DNA from: Candidatus Bipolaricaulota bacterium
GTDB taxonomy: Bacteria; Bipolaricaulota; Bipolaricaulia; Bipolaricaulales; Bipolaricaulaceae
Length of the DNA stretch: 64,000 bases
Assembly (NCBI GenBank): GCA_046483725.1
Contig: JAWOCQ010000056.1
Span: 9,298-73,297, forward strand
Reading direction: 5' to 3'
Part shown: piece after piece, positions 18,800 through 29,372 of the stretch
Position numbering within the stretch: the stretch's first letter is position 1
How the letters are laid out: every line of letters begins with the position of its first letter
Position numbers and translations under genes: made by a program
Notes under the pieces: model-generated
Databases searched by the model: none
Told to the model about the DNA's origin: nothing
The model's input: only the letters and a program-made list of their open reading frames with translations

Positions 18800-19680
18800 G
18801 CCTTTTTCTTTTCCACGGGCTCGATGTGGACGACCACTTCGGGGCGCCCAGCAACTGCTTTTCCCACTGCGCGCTCGACCTGAGACGCGATCTCGTGCGC
18901 CTGCCGCACACTGAGTTGAGGGTCCACCTCGATATGAAGGTCCACAAACGCGCTTCGGCCGGCACGTCGCGTGCGGAGGGCGTGCCATCCGCGCACGCCG
19001 GGAACGCTTTGCACAGCCTCACATACCCACCGCTGCTCGGCCGGACTAAGTGCCCCTTCGGTGAGGTCGTGAACCGCGCCGCGCATAATTCGGCCCGCCG
19101 CCAGGGCCACCAGCCCGGCCACCACAAGGGCCGCTCCGCGATCTCCTTGGGGCCAGCCGGCCAAAGCCACAGCAGCGCCGATCAACACTGCCACTGAGGA
19201 AAGAGCGTCCGAGCGGTGATGCCACGCGTTGGCCGCTGTAGCCGGACTCCCGCTCGCCCGGGCCACCCTAGCTGAGGCCCTGTACAGGAATTCCTTGACC
19301 GCGATGGATACGGCGGCCACCACCAACGGCCAGAACCCCACCACCCGGTGCACTCCCACAGCCAGGTCTGCCGCCGCTTCCCAGGCAAGCCACACTGCGG
19401 CACCGCCTAGGGCCAGTGCCACCATCGCTGCCGCCAGGGTCTCGAACTTGCCGTGCCCGTAGGCGTGGTTCTCGTCCGCCGGCCGCTGCGCTATGCGCAA
19501 GCCCCCAAGCACTACCAGATCTGTAGCCACATCGGATAGGCTATGGACCCCGTCGGCCACCAAAGCAACCGAGCCGGAGACGAGCCCTACTCCAAGCTTC
19601 AGCCCCATCAGGGCTACATTGGCCGCCGCACCGGACCAGGCCACAAGCAGGTCAGCAGCGAATCCTTTGCGTTCGGTCAC
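18796..19680 (-). CDS. Cation diffusion facilitator (CDF) family metal efflux transporter
   Basis: TM2 HSLSDVATD and TM5 HHRSDALSS metal-site motifs; C-terminal cytoplasmic domain. Confidence 0.9.
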   Translation of the reverse strand: MTERKGFAADLLVAWSGAAANVALMGLKLGVGLVSGSVALVADGVHSLSDVATDLVVLGGLRIAQRPADENHAYGHGKFETLAAAMVALALGGAAVWLAWEAAADLAVGVHRVVGFWPLVVAAVSIAVKEFLYRASARVARASGSPATAANAWHHRSDALSSVAVLIGAAVALAGWPQGDRGAALVVAGLVALAAGRIMRGAVHDLTEGALSPAEQRWVCEAVQSVPGVRGWHALRTRRAGRSAFVDLHIEVDPQLSVRQAHEIASQVERAVGKAVAGRPEVVVHIEPVEKKKA

Positions 19681-19692
19681 GCCACTTCCGCC

Positions 19693-20508
19693 TCAGATCA
19701 GCTCCAGCACATACCGCATGTAGAAGAAGTACACGGGGAGCGCGCCCAGCACCCCGTCAAGCCGATCAAGCATCCCGCCGTGCCCGGGAAGAAGCCAACC
19801 GGTGTGCTTAACCCCAGCAGCCCTCTTAAACAGCGACTCGAACAAGTCGCCCAGCTGGGCGAAGGTGCCTACCCAAACGCCCAGCACCACCACATGCGGA
19901 AGCCAGCGGAGGAAATCGCTCACAAACACCGGCAGTAAAGCCGCCCCAATCATAGCAATGACCACACCCCCAACGACTCCCTCCCATGTCTTGGCCAGGG
20001 AAACCCTGGGCAGGAGCTGATGCTTGCCGATGGCTGACCCAACCAGGAACGCGCCCGCGTCGTAACCCCACACGATGAGGAAGAAATGCAGAACGTAAGC
20101 GAAGTCCGCCCGATGCAGAAAGTAGAGAATGCTCAGAAGCACCGGTATGTAGAGGAACCCGAAAATTCCCGCCAACGCGGCGAAGAAACCCTCTCGGGGT
20201 CCCTTACGGAAAAAGCTGTACACAACGGTGAAGTACACCACGCCCCAGCCCGCCACCAGCGCGTAGTCCTCCCACAGGACCGAAAGCATGAGGAACACCG
20301 GGATGGCCATCATCAGGAACTCCTTGGGCTGAGGGATACCCAGCCGGGAGACGATTTGTATGTACTCCCAGCCGGCCATGACGCCCGCAACGGACACCAC
20401 TAGCCCCACCAGCCAGTCGAGCTGATAGTTGCCGGCAACCCAAAACAAAGTGAGCACCACGGGCATACCGACCAGAGCTGTCGCCAGCCGCGCCGCAATA
20501 GCTCTCAC
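19693..20508 (-). CDS. cdsA: Phosphatidate cytidylyltransferase
   Basis: C-terminal signature GDLFESLFKRAAGVKHTGWLLPGHGGMLDRLD. Confidence 0.9.
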   Translation of the reverse strand: MRAIAARLATALVGMPVVLTLFWVAGNYQLDWLVGLVVSVAGVMAGWEYIQIVSRLGIPQPKEFLMMAIPVFLMLSVLWEDYALVAGWGVVYFTVVYSFFRKGPREGFFAALAGIFGFLYIPVLLSILYFLHRADFAYVLHFFLIVWGYDAGAFLVGSAIGKHQLLPRVSLAKTWEGVVGGVVIAMIGAALLPVFVSDFLRWLPHVVVLGVWVGTFAQLGDLFESLFKRAAGVKHTGWLLPGHGGMLDRLDGVLGALPVYFFYMRYVLELI

Positions 20509-21248
20509 GAGCTAACCCTTCCGAAGCTCCGCTGCCGGCCCTGGTATGTCTCCAGAGCATCGAGGAAGGCGGCCTCATCGAAGTCGGGCCACAGCACAGG
20601 GGTGAAGTAAAGCTCTGCGTAGGCCGTCTCCCACAGGAGGAAATTGGACAACCGCTGTTCCCCGGCCGTGCGAATAACCAGGTCGACGTCGGGAAGGTTG
20701 GCGGTGGGCAGGAGCCGCCGGACGAAGGGCTCATCCACGGCCTCCGCCTGCAGACAGTTCTCCCGCGCCGCCCGCACTGCCCCGCGCACTGCCTCCATCA
20801 CCGCCCAACGACCTCCGAAGCTCAACGCCACATGTAATTGGAGCCCCTGATTATCCCGGGTCAGTTCCTCCACGCGGGCCACCTCAGCGCTCAGGCTCGC
20901 CGGGAAAAGCTCCCGCTGCCCCACCACATCCAGCCGAACGCCCGCCTCCGAGAGCTCCTCCACCTTCTGCGCTATAAACTCCTCCAGGAGACCTATGAGA
21001 AGGTCTACTTCCTCCGGCGGGCGGTCCCAGTTCTCCGTGGAGAACGCAAACAGCGTAAGATGGCGGCACAGCTTCTCTTCCCCTGCGAGCCGTATCAGGC
21101 GCTCGGCGGCCTCGGCTCCCCGCCGATGCCCCTCCCCCCGGGGAAGCCCCTGCACCTTAGCCCACCGCCCGTTGCCGTCCATGACCACGGCCACGTGGTT
21201 AGGCCGAGGGCCGGTTTGCACTCGCTTAAGCGTATTCCGCCAACACAC
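20505..21248 (-). CDS. uppS: Isoprenyl transferase (undecaprenyl-diphosphate synthase family)
   Basis: HVAVVMDGNGRWA; RTAGEQRLSNFLLWETAYAELYF. Confidence 0.92.
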   Translation of the reverse strand: MCWRNTLKRVQTGPRPNHVAVVMDGNGRWAKVQGLPRGEGHRRGAEAAERLIRLAGEEKLCRHLTLFAFSTENWDRPPEEVDLLIGLLEEFIAQKVEELSEAGVRLDVVGQRELFPASLSAEVARVEELTRDNQGLQLHVALSFGGRWAVMEAVRGAVRAARENCLQAEAVDEPFVRRLLPTANLPDVDLVIRTAGEQRLSNFLLWETAYAELYFTPVLWPDFDEAAFLDALETYQGRQRSFGRVSS

Positions 21249-22512
21249 GGCGCGCCTCTCCTACAATGGTCAGTGACCCGCAGACCACCAGCGCATCATC
21301 TTCGCGCAGTTCCCCGGCAAGCGCAGAAGCTGTCTCCCCCACGCTACCACCGACGTCCCACTGCCGTGCGCAGCGACGCGCCTGGTGGGCCAGAGCTTCG
21401 CCGGGCAACGCCCGGTCCGAGGCCGGGGTAGCCAACACCACACGATCGAAGCGCGGGAACAAAATCTCCGCCATTGCCCTTATCAGCTTGCCCCGTAACG
21501 CCCCGAACAGCAACGTCTGCCGCCCAGCAGGAGAAGGCAGTAGATCCAGCGTATCCGCCAGGCCGCGGGCGGCCGCCGGGTTGTGCGCTGCATCCAACAC
21601 GACGTACGGCCTTCGCCGAAGCACCTCGAACCTGCCCGGCCAACCAGCTTCCCCCAGTCCCTGGTGAATCTCCTCTCGGGCTATTCCCATACCCCCAACC
21701 AGCTCGGCCAGGGCCCCGTTGACGAGTGCTAGGTTGGGGCCTTGATAGACCCCGTGCATGCGCGTGGGGAAACTACCAAGCTGCAAGGGATCCGAAGTGG
21801 ACCGCCACATGGCTCGCTCCCACGACAGCTCAACAAGCTGCACATCCCGCGGATCCACCTTTACCAGGGCCGCGCCCACCTCCTGGCACTCCCGCTCGAA
21901 AACCTCCAGGACTTCCGGTTTGTCCTCCACCGTTATTAGCGGCACCCCTTGGCGCGCCACGCCCGCCTTCTCCCAAGCGGCGCGCCCGAGGCCCGGACCG
22001 AAGATCTCCCGATGATCCAGGCTCACCGACGTGATCAGCGAGAGCAAGGGGTTGGCAAGGCAGCGGCTGGCATCGAAGCGCCCGCCCAAGCCCGCCTCCA
22101 CAACCCCCACGTGCACCCCTTGCTCTGCGAAGTGGGCAAAGGCGGCCGCAGTCAGGGCCTCGAACTCATTGGGACGCCCCGGCCCTTCGTCCAGCTCCTC
22201 CACCGGCTGCACTGCCTCCAGGATGAGCTCTGCCAGGCGCGAGGCCTCCACCCGAACGCCGCTCACCCGGATCCTCTCAGTGGGGTCTCCCAAATCCGGA
22301 GAAGTGTAGGCACCCACCCGCATTCCGGCCGCCCGCAGCACGGAGTCCAGAAAGGCGACCACGGACCCCTTCCCGTTGGTGCCCGCCACATGAACCGCCG
22401 GGAACGCACCCTCCGGGTTGCCTAGCCGAGCAAGGAGAGCCTCTGTTCTCTCCAGCCCTGGGTTAACCGCGCGCTCCGGGTTCAGAAGCCCGTCCGGGAT
22501 GTGTTGAATCAC
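21226..22512 (-). CDS. folC: Folylpolyglutamate synthase / dihydrofolate synthase
   Basis: HVAGTNGKGS P-loop; Mur-ligase-like central and C-terminal domains. Confidence 0.9.
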   Translation of the reverse strand: MIQHIPDGLLNPERAVNPGLERTEALLARLGNPEGAFPAVHVAGTNGKGSVVAFLDSVLRAAGMRVGAYTSPDLGDPTERIRVSGVRVEASRLAELILEAVQPVEELDEGPGRPNEFEALTAAAFAHFAEQGVHVGVVEAGLGGRFDASRCLANPLLSLITSVSLDHREIFGPGLGRAAWEKAGVARQGVPLITVEDKPEVLEVFERECQEVGAALVKVDPRDVQLVELSWERAMWRSTSDPLQLGSFPTRMHGVYQGPNLALVNGALAELVGGMGIAREEIHQGLGEAGWPGRFEVLRRRPYVVLDAAHNPAAARGLADTLDLLPSPAGRQTLLFGALRGKLIRAMAEILFPRFDRVVLATPASDRALPGEALAHQARRCARQWDVGGSVGETASALAGELREDDALVVCGSLTIVGEARRVLAEYA

Positions 22513-25145
22513 GTGCCCCTTTCCACATGCCTGAGTAGGCGCCGGCGTTGGTCACGCAGGTCCTCGGCCTCGGTCTCCGTCTTGGCCACCACGTGCTGTG
22601 GCGCACGAGTCCGAAAGCTCGGGTTGGCCAAACGTCCCTCCAGCTCACCGAGCTCCTTGTCCAGCTTGCCCAGTTCCCGCTGGATACGCTCCAGCTCCCT
22701 CTCCCAGTCCACCACGCCTTCCACCGGAAGGTACAGGTTCAGCTCCCCGGCCACGCCCTTGGCCGTCGCCCGGCCGGCTCGATAGTCCGGCTCGTAACGC
22801 GCGCAGCCCACCTTGGCCAGCCGTCGCAGCGCTTCGGAGAAGTCATCTACCAGCTTCAGCCCAAACTCCTCCGGCCCCGACACGATCAGATCCAACTCAG
22901 CGCTGGGGGGGACCCTGAGTTCAGCCCGCAGGGCTCGGATCTCCACCACCACCGACTGCAGAAGCTCCAACCGGGCCTCAGCCTGTTCATCCACACGGTT
23001 TTCCGACGAAGTGGGGAACGAGTGGTGGGCCAGCGGGCGCTCTCGGCCCGTATACCGCCAGATCTCCTCACTGATGAACGGGACGAACGGGTGCATGAGC
23101 TCTAGTAGTTCCTCCAACGTCTCCTGCAGGACCCGCTGGCAGGTAGCCCTGGCCTTCGGATCTTCTCCGTACAGTCTCAGCTTGGCCAGCTCCAAATACC
23201 AGTCGCACAGCTCGTGCCAGGTGAAGTGGTAAACAGCTTCCGCGGCCAGGTGGAAGTTGAACCGCTCCAGCTCCTCACGCACCTTGCGCACCGTCCGCTC
23301 CAGCCGGGAGCGAATCCAGCGATCTTCCCAGGCCAGGGAAGCCGCCGGTGCCCCCCTGTCAAGGTCCTCCGTGTTGGTGAGGATGAACCGGGCCATGTTC
23401 CATACCTTGTTTAGGAAATTGCGCGCATCGCCGAGGTCGTCCATCCCCAGGCGCAGTGTCTGGCCCTTGGTGGCACTGCGGGCCAGGGAGAAGCGCAAAG
23501 CGTCCATTCCGTGAGTGTCCTTTACCTCCAACGGATCAATGCTGTTCCCCTTGGATTTGCTCATCTTCTGACCCTGTGCATCTACGATCAGTGGGTTAAC
23601 GAATACCTGTCGGAAAGGCACGTCGCCCATGAAGTGGAGCCCCATCATCACCATCCGAGCCACCCAGAAGAACAGGATGTCGAATGCGGTCACCAAGACC
23701 GTAGTCGGATAGAAGCGCTCCAGCTCGGGCGTGAGCTCCGGCCAGCCCATGATGGAGAAAGGCCACAGCGAAGAGGAAAACCACGTGTCCAGAACGTCCT
23801 CATCCTGCCGGAGCTCCACCTCCTTCCCGTAGTGCTCCCGGGCCTGGCGGTGGGCAGCCTCATCGTCCATGGCCACAAACACCGTGTCGTCCGGCCCGTA
23901 CCATGCCGGGATCCGGTGCCCCCACCACAGCTGTCGCGAGATGCACCAGTCCCGTATTCCCTCCAGCCAGGCGGTGTATACCTTGGCCCATCGGGGCGGA
24001 ACAAACGCCACCCGGCCCTGCTCCGCCGCATTGATGGCAGGCTCGGCCAACGGCTGCATGTGGACGAACCACTGGGTGGAGATAAGCGGCTCCACGGACA
24101 CGCCACACCGTCCGCAGTGCCCCACACTGTGCCGGTAGAGTTCGACTTTCTCCAGCAGGCCTTCTTCCTGCAGGCGTTTAAGCAACGCCTCCCGAGCGGC
24201 TTCCCTGTCCATGCCGGCAAACGGACCGCCTTCCTCGTTGATGGTCCCGTCCTTGTTGAGCACGTTCACCGAGGGGAGCTCATGGCGCTGGCCGATCTCG
24301 GAGTCCAGAGGGTCATGGGCCGGGGTGATCTTCAAAATACCTGTTCCAAATGAGGGATCCACCTCTTTGGCGCCCACAATGGGCAGCCGCCTGCCCAGAA
24401 CTGGGAGCACCGCAGTCCTGCCGATCAAATCCCGGTAACGCTCGTCCGCGGGGTTCACAGCCACTCCGGTGTCCCCCAGCATGGTCTCCGGCCGGGTGGT
24501 GGCCACGGTCACATGGTCCCCGCCCTCCAGGGGATAGCGGACATGGTACAGCTTCCCGTCAACCTGTTTGTGCTCGACCTCGATGTCCGAAAGCGCGGTC
24601 GCGCAGCGCGGACACCAGTTGATCATGTAGTCGCCGCGGTATACCAACCCCTGTTGGTACAGCCTGATAAACGCGGTACGCACGGCCTGGGAGAGCCCTT
24701 CATCCAGGGTAAACCGCAGTCGGGACCAATCACATGAGCAACCCAATACCTTAAGCTGGTCAACTATCTCGGAGCCGTACTTCTCCTTCCACTCCCAGAC
24801 CCTTTTGAGGAAAGCTTCGCGGCCGAGCTTGTGTCGGTCAGTCCCTTCCCGGGCAAGCTCCCGCTCGATCACATTCTGCGTGGCGATCCCTGCATGGTCG
24901 GTACCAGGAAACCAGCATGCTTCGAAGCCGTCCATGCGCTTATAGCGGGTGAGGATATCCTGCAGGGTGTTGTTGAGCGCATGTCCGTGATGTAAGCGCC
25001 CGGTGATGTTCGGCGGAGGGATAACGACGGAAAAGGCGGGCCTCTCGCTATGGGGATCACACTTCCATAGCTCGTCCCAAGAGCGACTTAACCGCTCTTC
25101 CACTTCCCTCGGGTCGTACCGCGTCGGCAGCTCCATCTCACCCAC
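22509..25145 (-). CDS. valS: Valine--tRNA ligase
   Basis: HHGH (LHHGHALN) and KMSKS motifs, 878 aa, C-terminal coiled coil. Confidence 0.97.
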   Translation of the reverse strand: MGEMELPTRYDPREVEERLSRSWDELWKCDPHSERPAFSVVIPPPNITGRLHHGHALNNTLQDILTRYKRMDGFEACWFPGTDHAGIATQNVIERELAREGTDRHKLGREAFLKRVWEWKEKYGSEIVDQLKVLGCSCDWSRLRFTLDEGLSQAVRTAFIRLYQQGLVYRGDYMINWCPRCATALSDIEVEHKQVDGKLYHVRYPLEGGDHVTVATTRPETMLGDTGVAVNPADERYRDLIGRTAVLPVLGRRLPIVGAKEVDPSFGTGILKITPAHDPLDSEIGQRHELPSVNVLNKDGTINEEGGPFAGMDREAAREALLKRLQEEGLLEKVELYRHSVGHCGRCGVSVEPLISTQWFVHMQPLAEPAINAAEQGRVAFVPPRWAKVYTAWLEGIRDWCISRQLWWGHRIPAWYGPDDTVFVAMDDEAAHRQAREHYGKEVELRQDEDVLDTWFSSSLWPFSIMGWPELTPELERFYPTTVLVTAFDILFFWVARMVMMGLHFMGDVPFRQVFVNPLIVDAQGQKMSKSKGNSIDPLEVKDTHGMDALRFSLARSATKGQTLRLGMDDLGDARNFLNKVWNMARFILTNTEDLDRGAPAASLAWEDRWIRSRLERTVRKVREELERFNFHLAAEAVYHFTWHELCDWYLELAKLRLYGEDPKARATCQRVLQETLEELLELMHPFVPFISEEIWRYTGRERPLAHHSFPTSSENRVDEQAEARLELLQSVVVEIRALRAELRVPPSAELDLIVSGPEEFGLKLVDDFSEALRRLAKVGCARYEPDYRAGRATAKGVAGELNLYLPVEGVVDWERELERIQRELGKLDKELGELEGRLANPSFRTRAPQHVVAKTETEAEDLRDQRRRLLRHVERGT

Positions 25146-25587
25146 CCAACCACTCAGCGTCCGCCATACAATAGTCCAGGATCTCCTCCCGGGTGAAAAA
25201 CAACGGGATCTCCCGCCGGGCGGACTCGGGTGAGTCGGAGCCGTGCACCAGGTTACACGTCACTGCCAGCCCAAAGTCCCCACGAATGGTCCCCGGCTCG
25301 GCCTGCTTGGGATTTGTCTTCCCCATGAGACGACGCACGATGTTGATGGCTTCGTCACCTTCGACCACCATGGCTACCAGCGGGCCGGCAGTGATGAACC
25401 GTACCAACTCTTGGAAGAATGGCTTCTCCCTGTGTTCGGAGTAATGCCGCTCAGCAAGCTCCCGAGGCAGCCACATCAGTTTCGTCGCGGCAATGCGCAG
25501 CCCCTTGTCCTCGATCCGTCGGATAATCCGACCCACCAGCCGCCGCTTGAGTGCGTCCGGCTTCAGTAACACAAGTGTCTGTTCCAC
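25138..25587 (-). CDS. ndk: Nucleoside-diphosphate kinase
   Basis: GTG at 25587 is 5 nt after AGGAGG. TLVLLKPDA and NLVHGSDS active-site His motif. Confidence 0.95.
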   Translation of the reverse strand: MEQTLVLLKPDALKRRLVGRIIRRIEDKGLRIAATKLMWLPRELAERHYSEHREKPFFQELVRFITAGPLVAMVVEGDEAINIVRRLMGKTNPKQAEPGTIRGDFGLAVTCNLVHGSDSPESARREIPLFFTREEILDYCMADAEWLGG

Positions 25588-25851
25588 TCTGGCCTCCTGG
25601 TATAGTGCCGGCGGGGCGGGATACAGGCACCGCAACCCGGCGAGTTAAGCGCAGTCCGGAATATCTACCACTTCCCGCGCGGGCCTGCAAGGCCACCAAC
25701 TCGAGTTCACCCGGTTGTTTGGGTTCAGGTGGTTCACTTGGTTACTTGGGTTCGCTGTCACATAACGCGCTCTGTTCGTTGTTTCCCACTGGCTACTTGC
25801 CACAAGCGACATGCGGAAAGACCACAGCACCTAGAGCCCAACGAACCGTGA

Positions 25852-26919
25852 TTATATCCGGGCGTAGCGGCGGCCGGGCTGTTCCTCGACCAAACCCGCC
25901 ATCTGAAGCTCCAACAGTGCTTGGGACACCAGGGCGTGGGATAGACCCGTATGGGCCATGAGCTCACTGGTATCCAGCATTTCGCTGCTGAGGGCTTCGT
26001 ACACGGTCAACGCATCGCCCGTGGGCAGAGGAAGCGACGGCTGGAAGTGGTGCTTCCCCACCCCGCCCAGCTCCTCCACAACGTCCTCTACACACGTCAC
26101 GGGGCTGGCCCCGTCCTGGAGAAGGCGATTGGTGCCTGCGGATGCTTCCGAGGTTATAGGACCGGGCACTGCCAGCACGTCCTTGCCTTGCTCCAGCGCC
26201 CGTTCGGCGGTGATCAGGGCCCCCGAGCGAATGGGCGCTTCGACGACCAGCACCGCCTTGCACAACCCCGCGATCAGTCGATTGCGGCGGGGGAACGTCC
26301 ACGCAGCCCCGGGCGTCTCCCACGGATACTCTGACAGCACCGCCCCCTTCTCAGCGATTGCCTGCAAACGGCGCTCCACCCCGGCGGGATAAGGCTTCCC
26401 CAGGCCTGTGCCCAGTATGGCAACGGTACGCCCGCCGGAGAGTGCACCCTGATGGGCGGCAGCATCCACCCCCGGCGCCATCCCCGAAATCACTGTCACG
26501 CCCCGTTCGGCAAGTTGCGTGCCCATTTTGCGCGCCACCAACCGGCCATAGCTTGTGCAACGGCGGGTACCTACAATCGCCACGCCCGAAACGTCGGCAG
26601 GCTCCAACTTCCCCAGGACATAGAGGACGAGCGGGGGCGTGGGAAGCTCGCGCATGACCTCGGGGAAATCACCATCTGCGAGCGTGACAATATGGGCTCC
26701 GGCGTGCCGGGCTCGGCGCACTTCTTGTTGAGGCTGTGCAGCGCTACGTTCCCGGGCAATCCTCCGAGCGGCCTCGGGGCCGATCGCCCGCGCCAGTTTT
26801 TCCACAGGCGCGGCCATGATCTCGCACGGCCCACCCAGGACACCCAACAAGGCTCGAAGTCGCCGCGGAGTGAGCGACGGCAGCATGTTCAGGGCGAGCC
26901 AGGCCATTCTATCCTCCAT
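25852..26919 (-). CDS. dprA: DNA-processing protein DprA (Smf)
   Basis: Rossmann-like core ISGMAPGVDAAAHQGAL ... GALITAERALEQGKDVLAVPG; C-terminal winged-helix-like tail. Confidence 0.9.
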   Translation of the reverse strand: MEDRMAWLALNMLPSLTPRRLRALLGVLGGPCEIMAAPVEKLARAIGPEAARRIARERSAAQPQQEVRRARHAGAHIVTLADGDFPEVMRELPTPPLVLYVLGKLEPADVSGVAIVGTRRCTSYGRLVARKMGTQLAERGVTVISGMAPGVDAAAHQGALSGGRTVAILGTGLGKPYPAGVERRLQAIAEKGAVLSEYPWETPGAAWTFPRRNRLIAGLCKAVLVVEAPIRSGALITAERALEQGKDVLAVPGPITSEASAGTNRLLQDGASPVTCVEDVVEELGGVGKHHFQPSLPLPTGDALTVYEALSSEMLDTSELMAHTGLSHALVSQALLELQMAGLVEEQPGRRYARI

Positions 26920-27165
26920 GTGAGGATCATACCATCCCTACACCTCACGTGTCACCCTTTACCGTTATGCATTGTAGACCCCGTGGGGGCCTTCCTGACG
27001 TTCGCACGCTCCTTACCTGCTACCACCCATCAACGCATAACACCAACACGGGCCGCCTGCGGCCAAAGATGCTGGACCGCGTTTTGCAGGAGGCCTTGTC
27101 AGTAGAGGGCTGTTCCAGAGTAAGAACAACCCAAGTTCGTTGGACACGATTGCCCGTCGCGTTTT

Positions 27166-28599
27166 CTAGGCCGGTCTGCGAAGGGCATCGCCCTCCTCCC
27201 GCAGCGCTGTCCAGAGGATGAGCACGCCCAGAGCTGCGACCGCACACCACAGGCCAAAGCCCGGCCCCACTGGAAGCTCAGAGCCAGGGAAGCTCGCCAG
27301 TCGCTCCACGACCGCCAGGTAGGGCGCAATCAGGAACCTGTCCACCGCTGTACCGGCTACCGGGCCGAGGAGGAGCACCACCACCCCCGACCAAAGCAGC
27401 ACGGCGGTCCAAGTGACGAGAAGGAGATTTGCCATCAGACCGAACAGCGCCACGTGGCCGAACGTCGCCCCGATCACGGGCAGGGCGCCTGCCTGGGCAC
27501 ATGCGGTGACCGCTAGGAGATCCGCTGGCCGTAGCAGCCAGCGGGGCAGCTCGGCGCGCAACCATCCGGACATCCAACCGGGAAGGAGAAGAAGGATGGC
27601 CCCAGTGGCCATGAACGAAAGCTGGAACGCCGCATCGGCCGGGGACCAGGGCCAGATTAGGACCACAACCACAGCGGCCGCGGCCAACGCCTGCAACGGA
27701 TCCAGCCACCGCCGTAGAACCCAGCCCCGGTGCCATAGAATCCAGAAACTCCCTGCGCATCCGAACATGATGGCCGCCCTGATGAGGGAAACCCTGGCCC
27801 CGCCCACCAATACATAGCAGGAGACGAACAGCATCAGCATTAGGTACCGAACGACTGGAGGGAGACGGAAGAGCTTCAACAGCAACCACCCGCCTGCCAC
27901 CAACAGGCCCAAGTGCAGCCCCGAAAGTGCCAGCAGATGCGCCACCCCGGCGGCGCGGAAAGCGTCCTGCCGCTCATCAGGCATTAGGCCCCGCGCTCCC
28001 AACAGTAGCGCAGAGAGAAAGGCCGCCCCTTCCTCGGGCAGGGAGCCCGTCAACCTGTGTAGCAGCCGCATGCGCGCTTCGTGGGCCCAACGCAAGAGTC
28101 CTGGTCCCCCTTGCTCCAAGACTTCGGCGCTCTCAGCCAAAAACAGCCCGAAAACCCCGCGGCGCCGGAGGTAGGTTTCCCACTCAGCGGGGCGTGGTTG
28201 GGCCCCGCGCCCCTCCAGGTGGAGAAGATCGCCAGGGCCCACAGCCGAGCCGGCGGGAAGATACGCGACCAGGCGCAGGGGGGTGGGATGCCCTTCCAGT
28301 TCCACCAAAGCTTCGGTAGAGCGCGACCGGGGCTCGGGAATCCCTACCACCCGTACCGTTGCCTCCTGCATTAGCGGAAGCTGGTACAGAAATTGAGAGG
28401 GGCTCTCCTCCGGCTGGGGCAGAGCCAGCCCCCCTACCAGGGCCACAGCCCACAGCAGTGCGCACGACCGGCGCCAGCACGCACCGGCTAGCAGGACTGC
28501 TCCCACCGGTACGACCCACCACCCACCGGCGCCTGCTGCTCCCAGTGCAGCACCAAAGGTCAAGCCAGCGGCAACCCCCGGCAAAAGCACACGAGGCAT
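27166..28599 (-). CDS. comEC: ComEC/Rec2-family DNA internalisation channel protein (no C-terminal MBL domain)
   Basis: ATG at 28597-28599 with GGAGGGG upstream. N-terminal OB-like/DUF4131 region, then multi-TM competence domain (FRAAGVAHLLALSGLHLGLL). The listed 616-aa ORF extends spuriously across the tmRNA gene. Confidence 0.8.
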   Translation of the reverse strand: MPRVLLPGVAAGLTFGAALGAAGAGGWWVVPVGAVLLAGACWRRSCALLWAVALVGGLALPQPEESPSQFLYQLPLMQEATVRVVGIPEPRSRSTEALVELEGHPTPLRLVAYLPAGSAVGPGDLLHLEGRGAQPRPAEWETYLRRRGVFGLFLAESAEVLEQGGPGLLRWAHEARMRLLHRLTGSLPEEGAAFLSALLLGARGLMPDERQDAFRAAGVAHLLALSGLHLGLLVAGGWLLLKLFRLPPVVRYLMLMLFVSCYVLVGGARVSLIRAAIMFGCAGSFWILWHRGWVLRRWLDPLQALAAAAVVVVLIWPWSPADAAFQLSFMATGAILLLLPGWMSGWLRAELPRWLLRPADLLAVTACAQAGALPVIGATFGHVALFGLMANLLLVTWTAVLLWSGVVVLLLGPVAGTAVDRFLIAPYLAVVERLASFPGSELPVGPGFGLWCAVAALGVLILWTALREEGDALRRPA

Positions 28600-28627
28600 T
28601 TCGATACCCCTCCACCAGTAGTATAAT
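28600..28627 (+). promoter_or_regulatory. Candidate promoter for ssrA
   Basis: TTCGAT (28600-28605), 16-nt spacer, TATAAT (28622-28627), about 11 nt upstream of the mature tmRNA 5' end. Confidence 0.4.
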
Positions 28628-28638
28628 GGGGGTACATA

Positions 28639-29000
<362 letters not shown>

Positions 29001-29372
29001 GTATCGGATAAAGCACTCATCCGGGAATGGCTTCTTCGTCCCACGTGCTGCGGCGCCCTGCGCATCACCTGTGAAGCGCGGCGGGCGGCGGTCAAGGCGC
29101 ACTCCACAGAGCGGAGCTGTCGACATGCTCGCCGTACGCAGCATCGATCCGAACAGCTGCGAGCTCCTCCGATAAGCCACACCAGCATACGACTGTGCCT
29201 GACTTCCCAGCAGCGCAGGGCGAGTTCCTCTGCGACGGCCCACCGAAGGCGCCGCAAGCATGGAACGCGAAAGTGCTCCCCAGGTCGCCGTGCTACCCGC
29301 AGCAGGCGCGGATCTACGGTACACTGTCTCGACGATCCGGCCAGGAAATGCCGGACCAGAGGGGGGGAAGAG

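Noticed and set aside
18788-18810. GGCTT-GGTC-AAGCC hairpin followed by TTTTTCTTTT on the plus strand, which looks like a terminator.
   Set aside because: It lies inside the 3' end of the minus-strand CDF gene, where the T-run encodes the C-terminal Lys residues. No plus-strand gene ends upstream of it.
29001-29372. Genomic island or prophage integrated at the tmRNA 3' end, and likewise at tRNA-Asn (18600-18685).
   Set aside because: There is no integrase gene, I noticed no direct repeat of the tmRNA or tRNA 3' end downstream, and the flanking genes are ordinary chromosomal genes.
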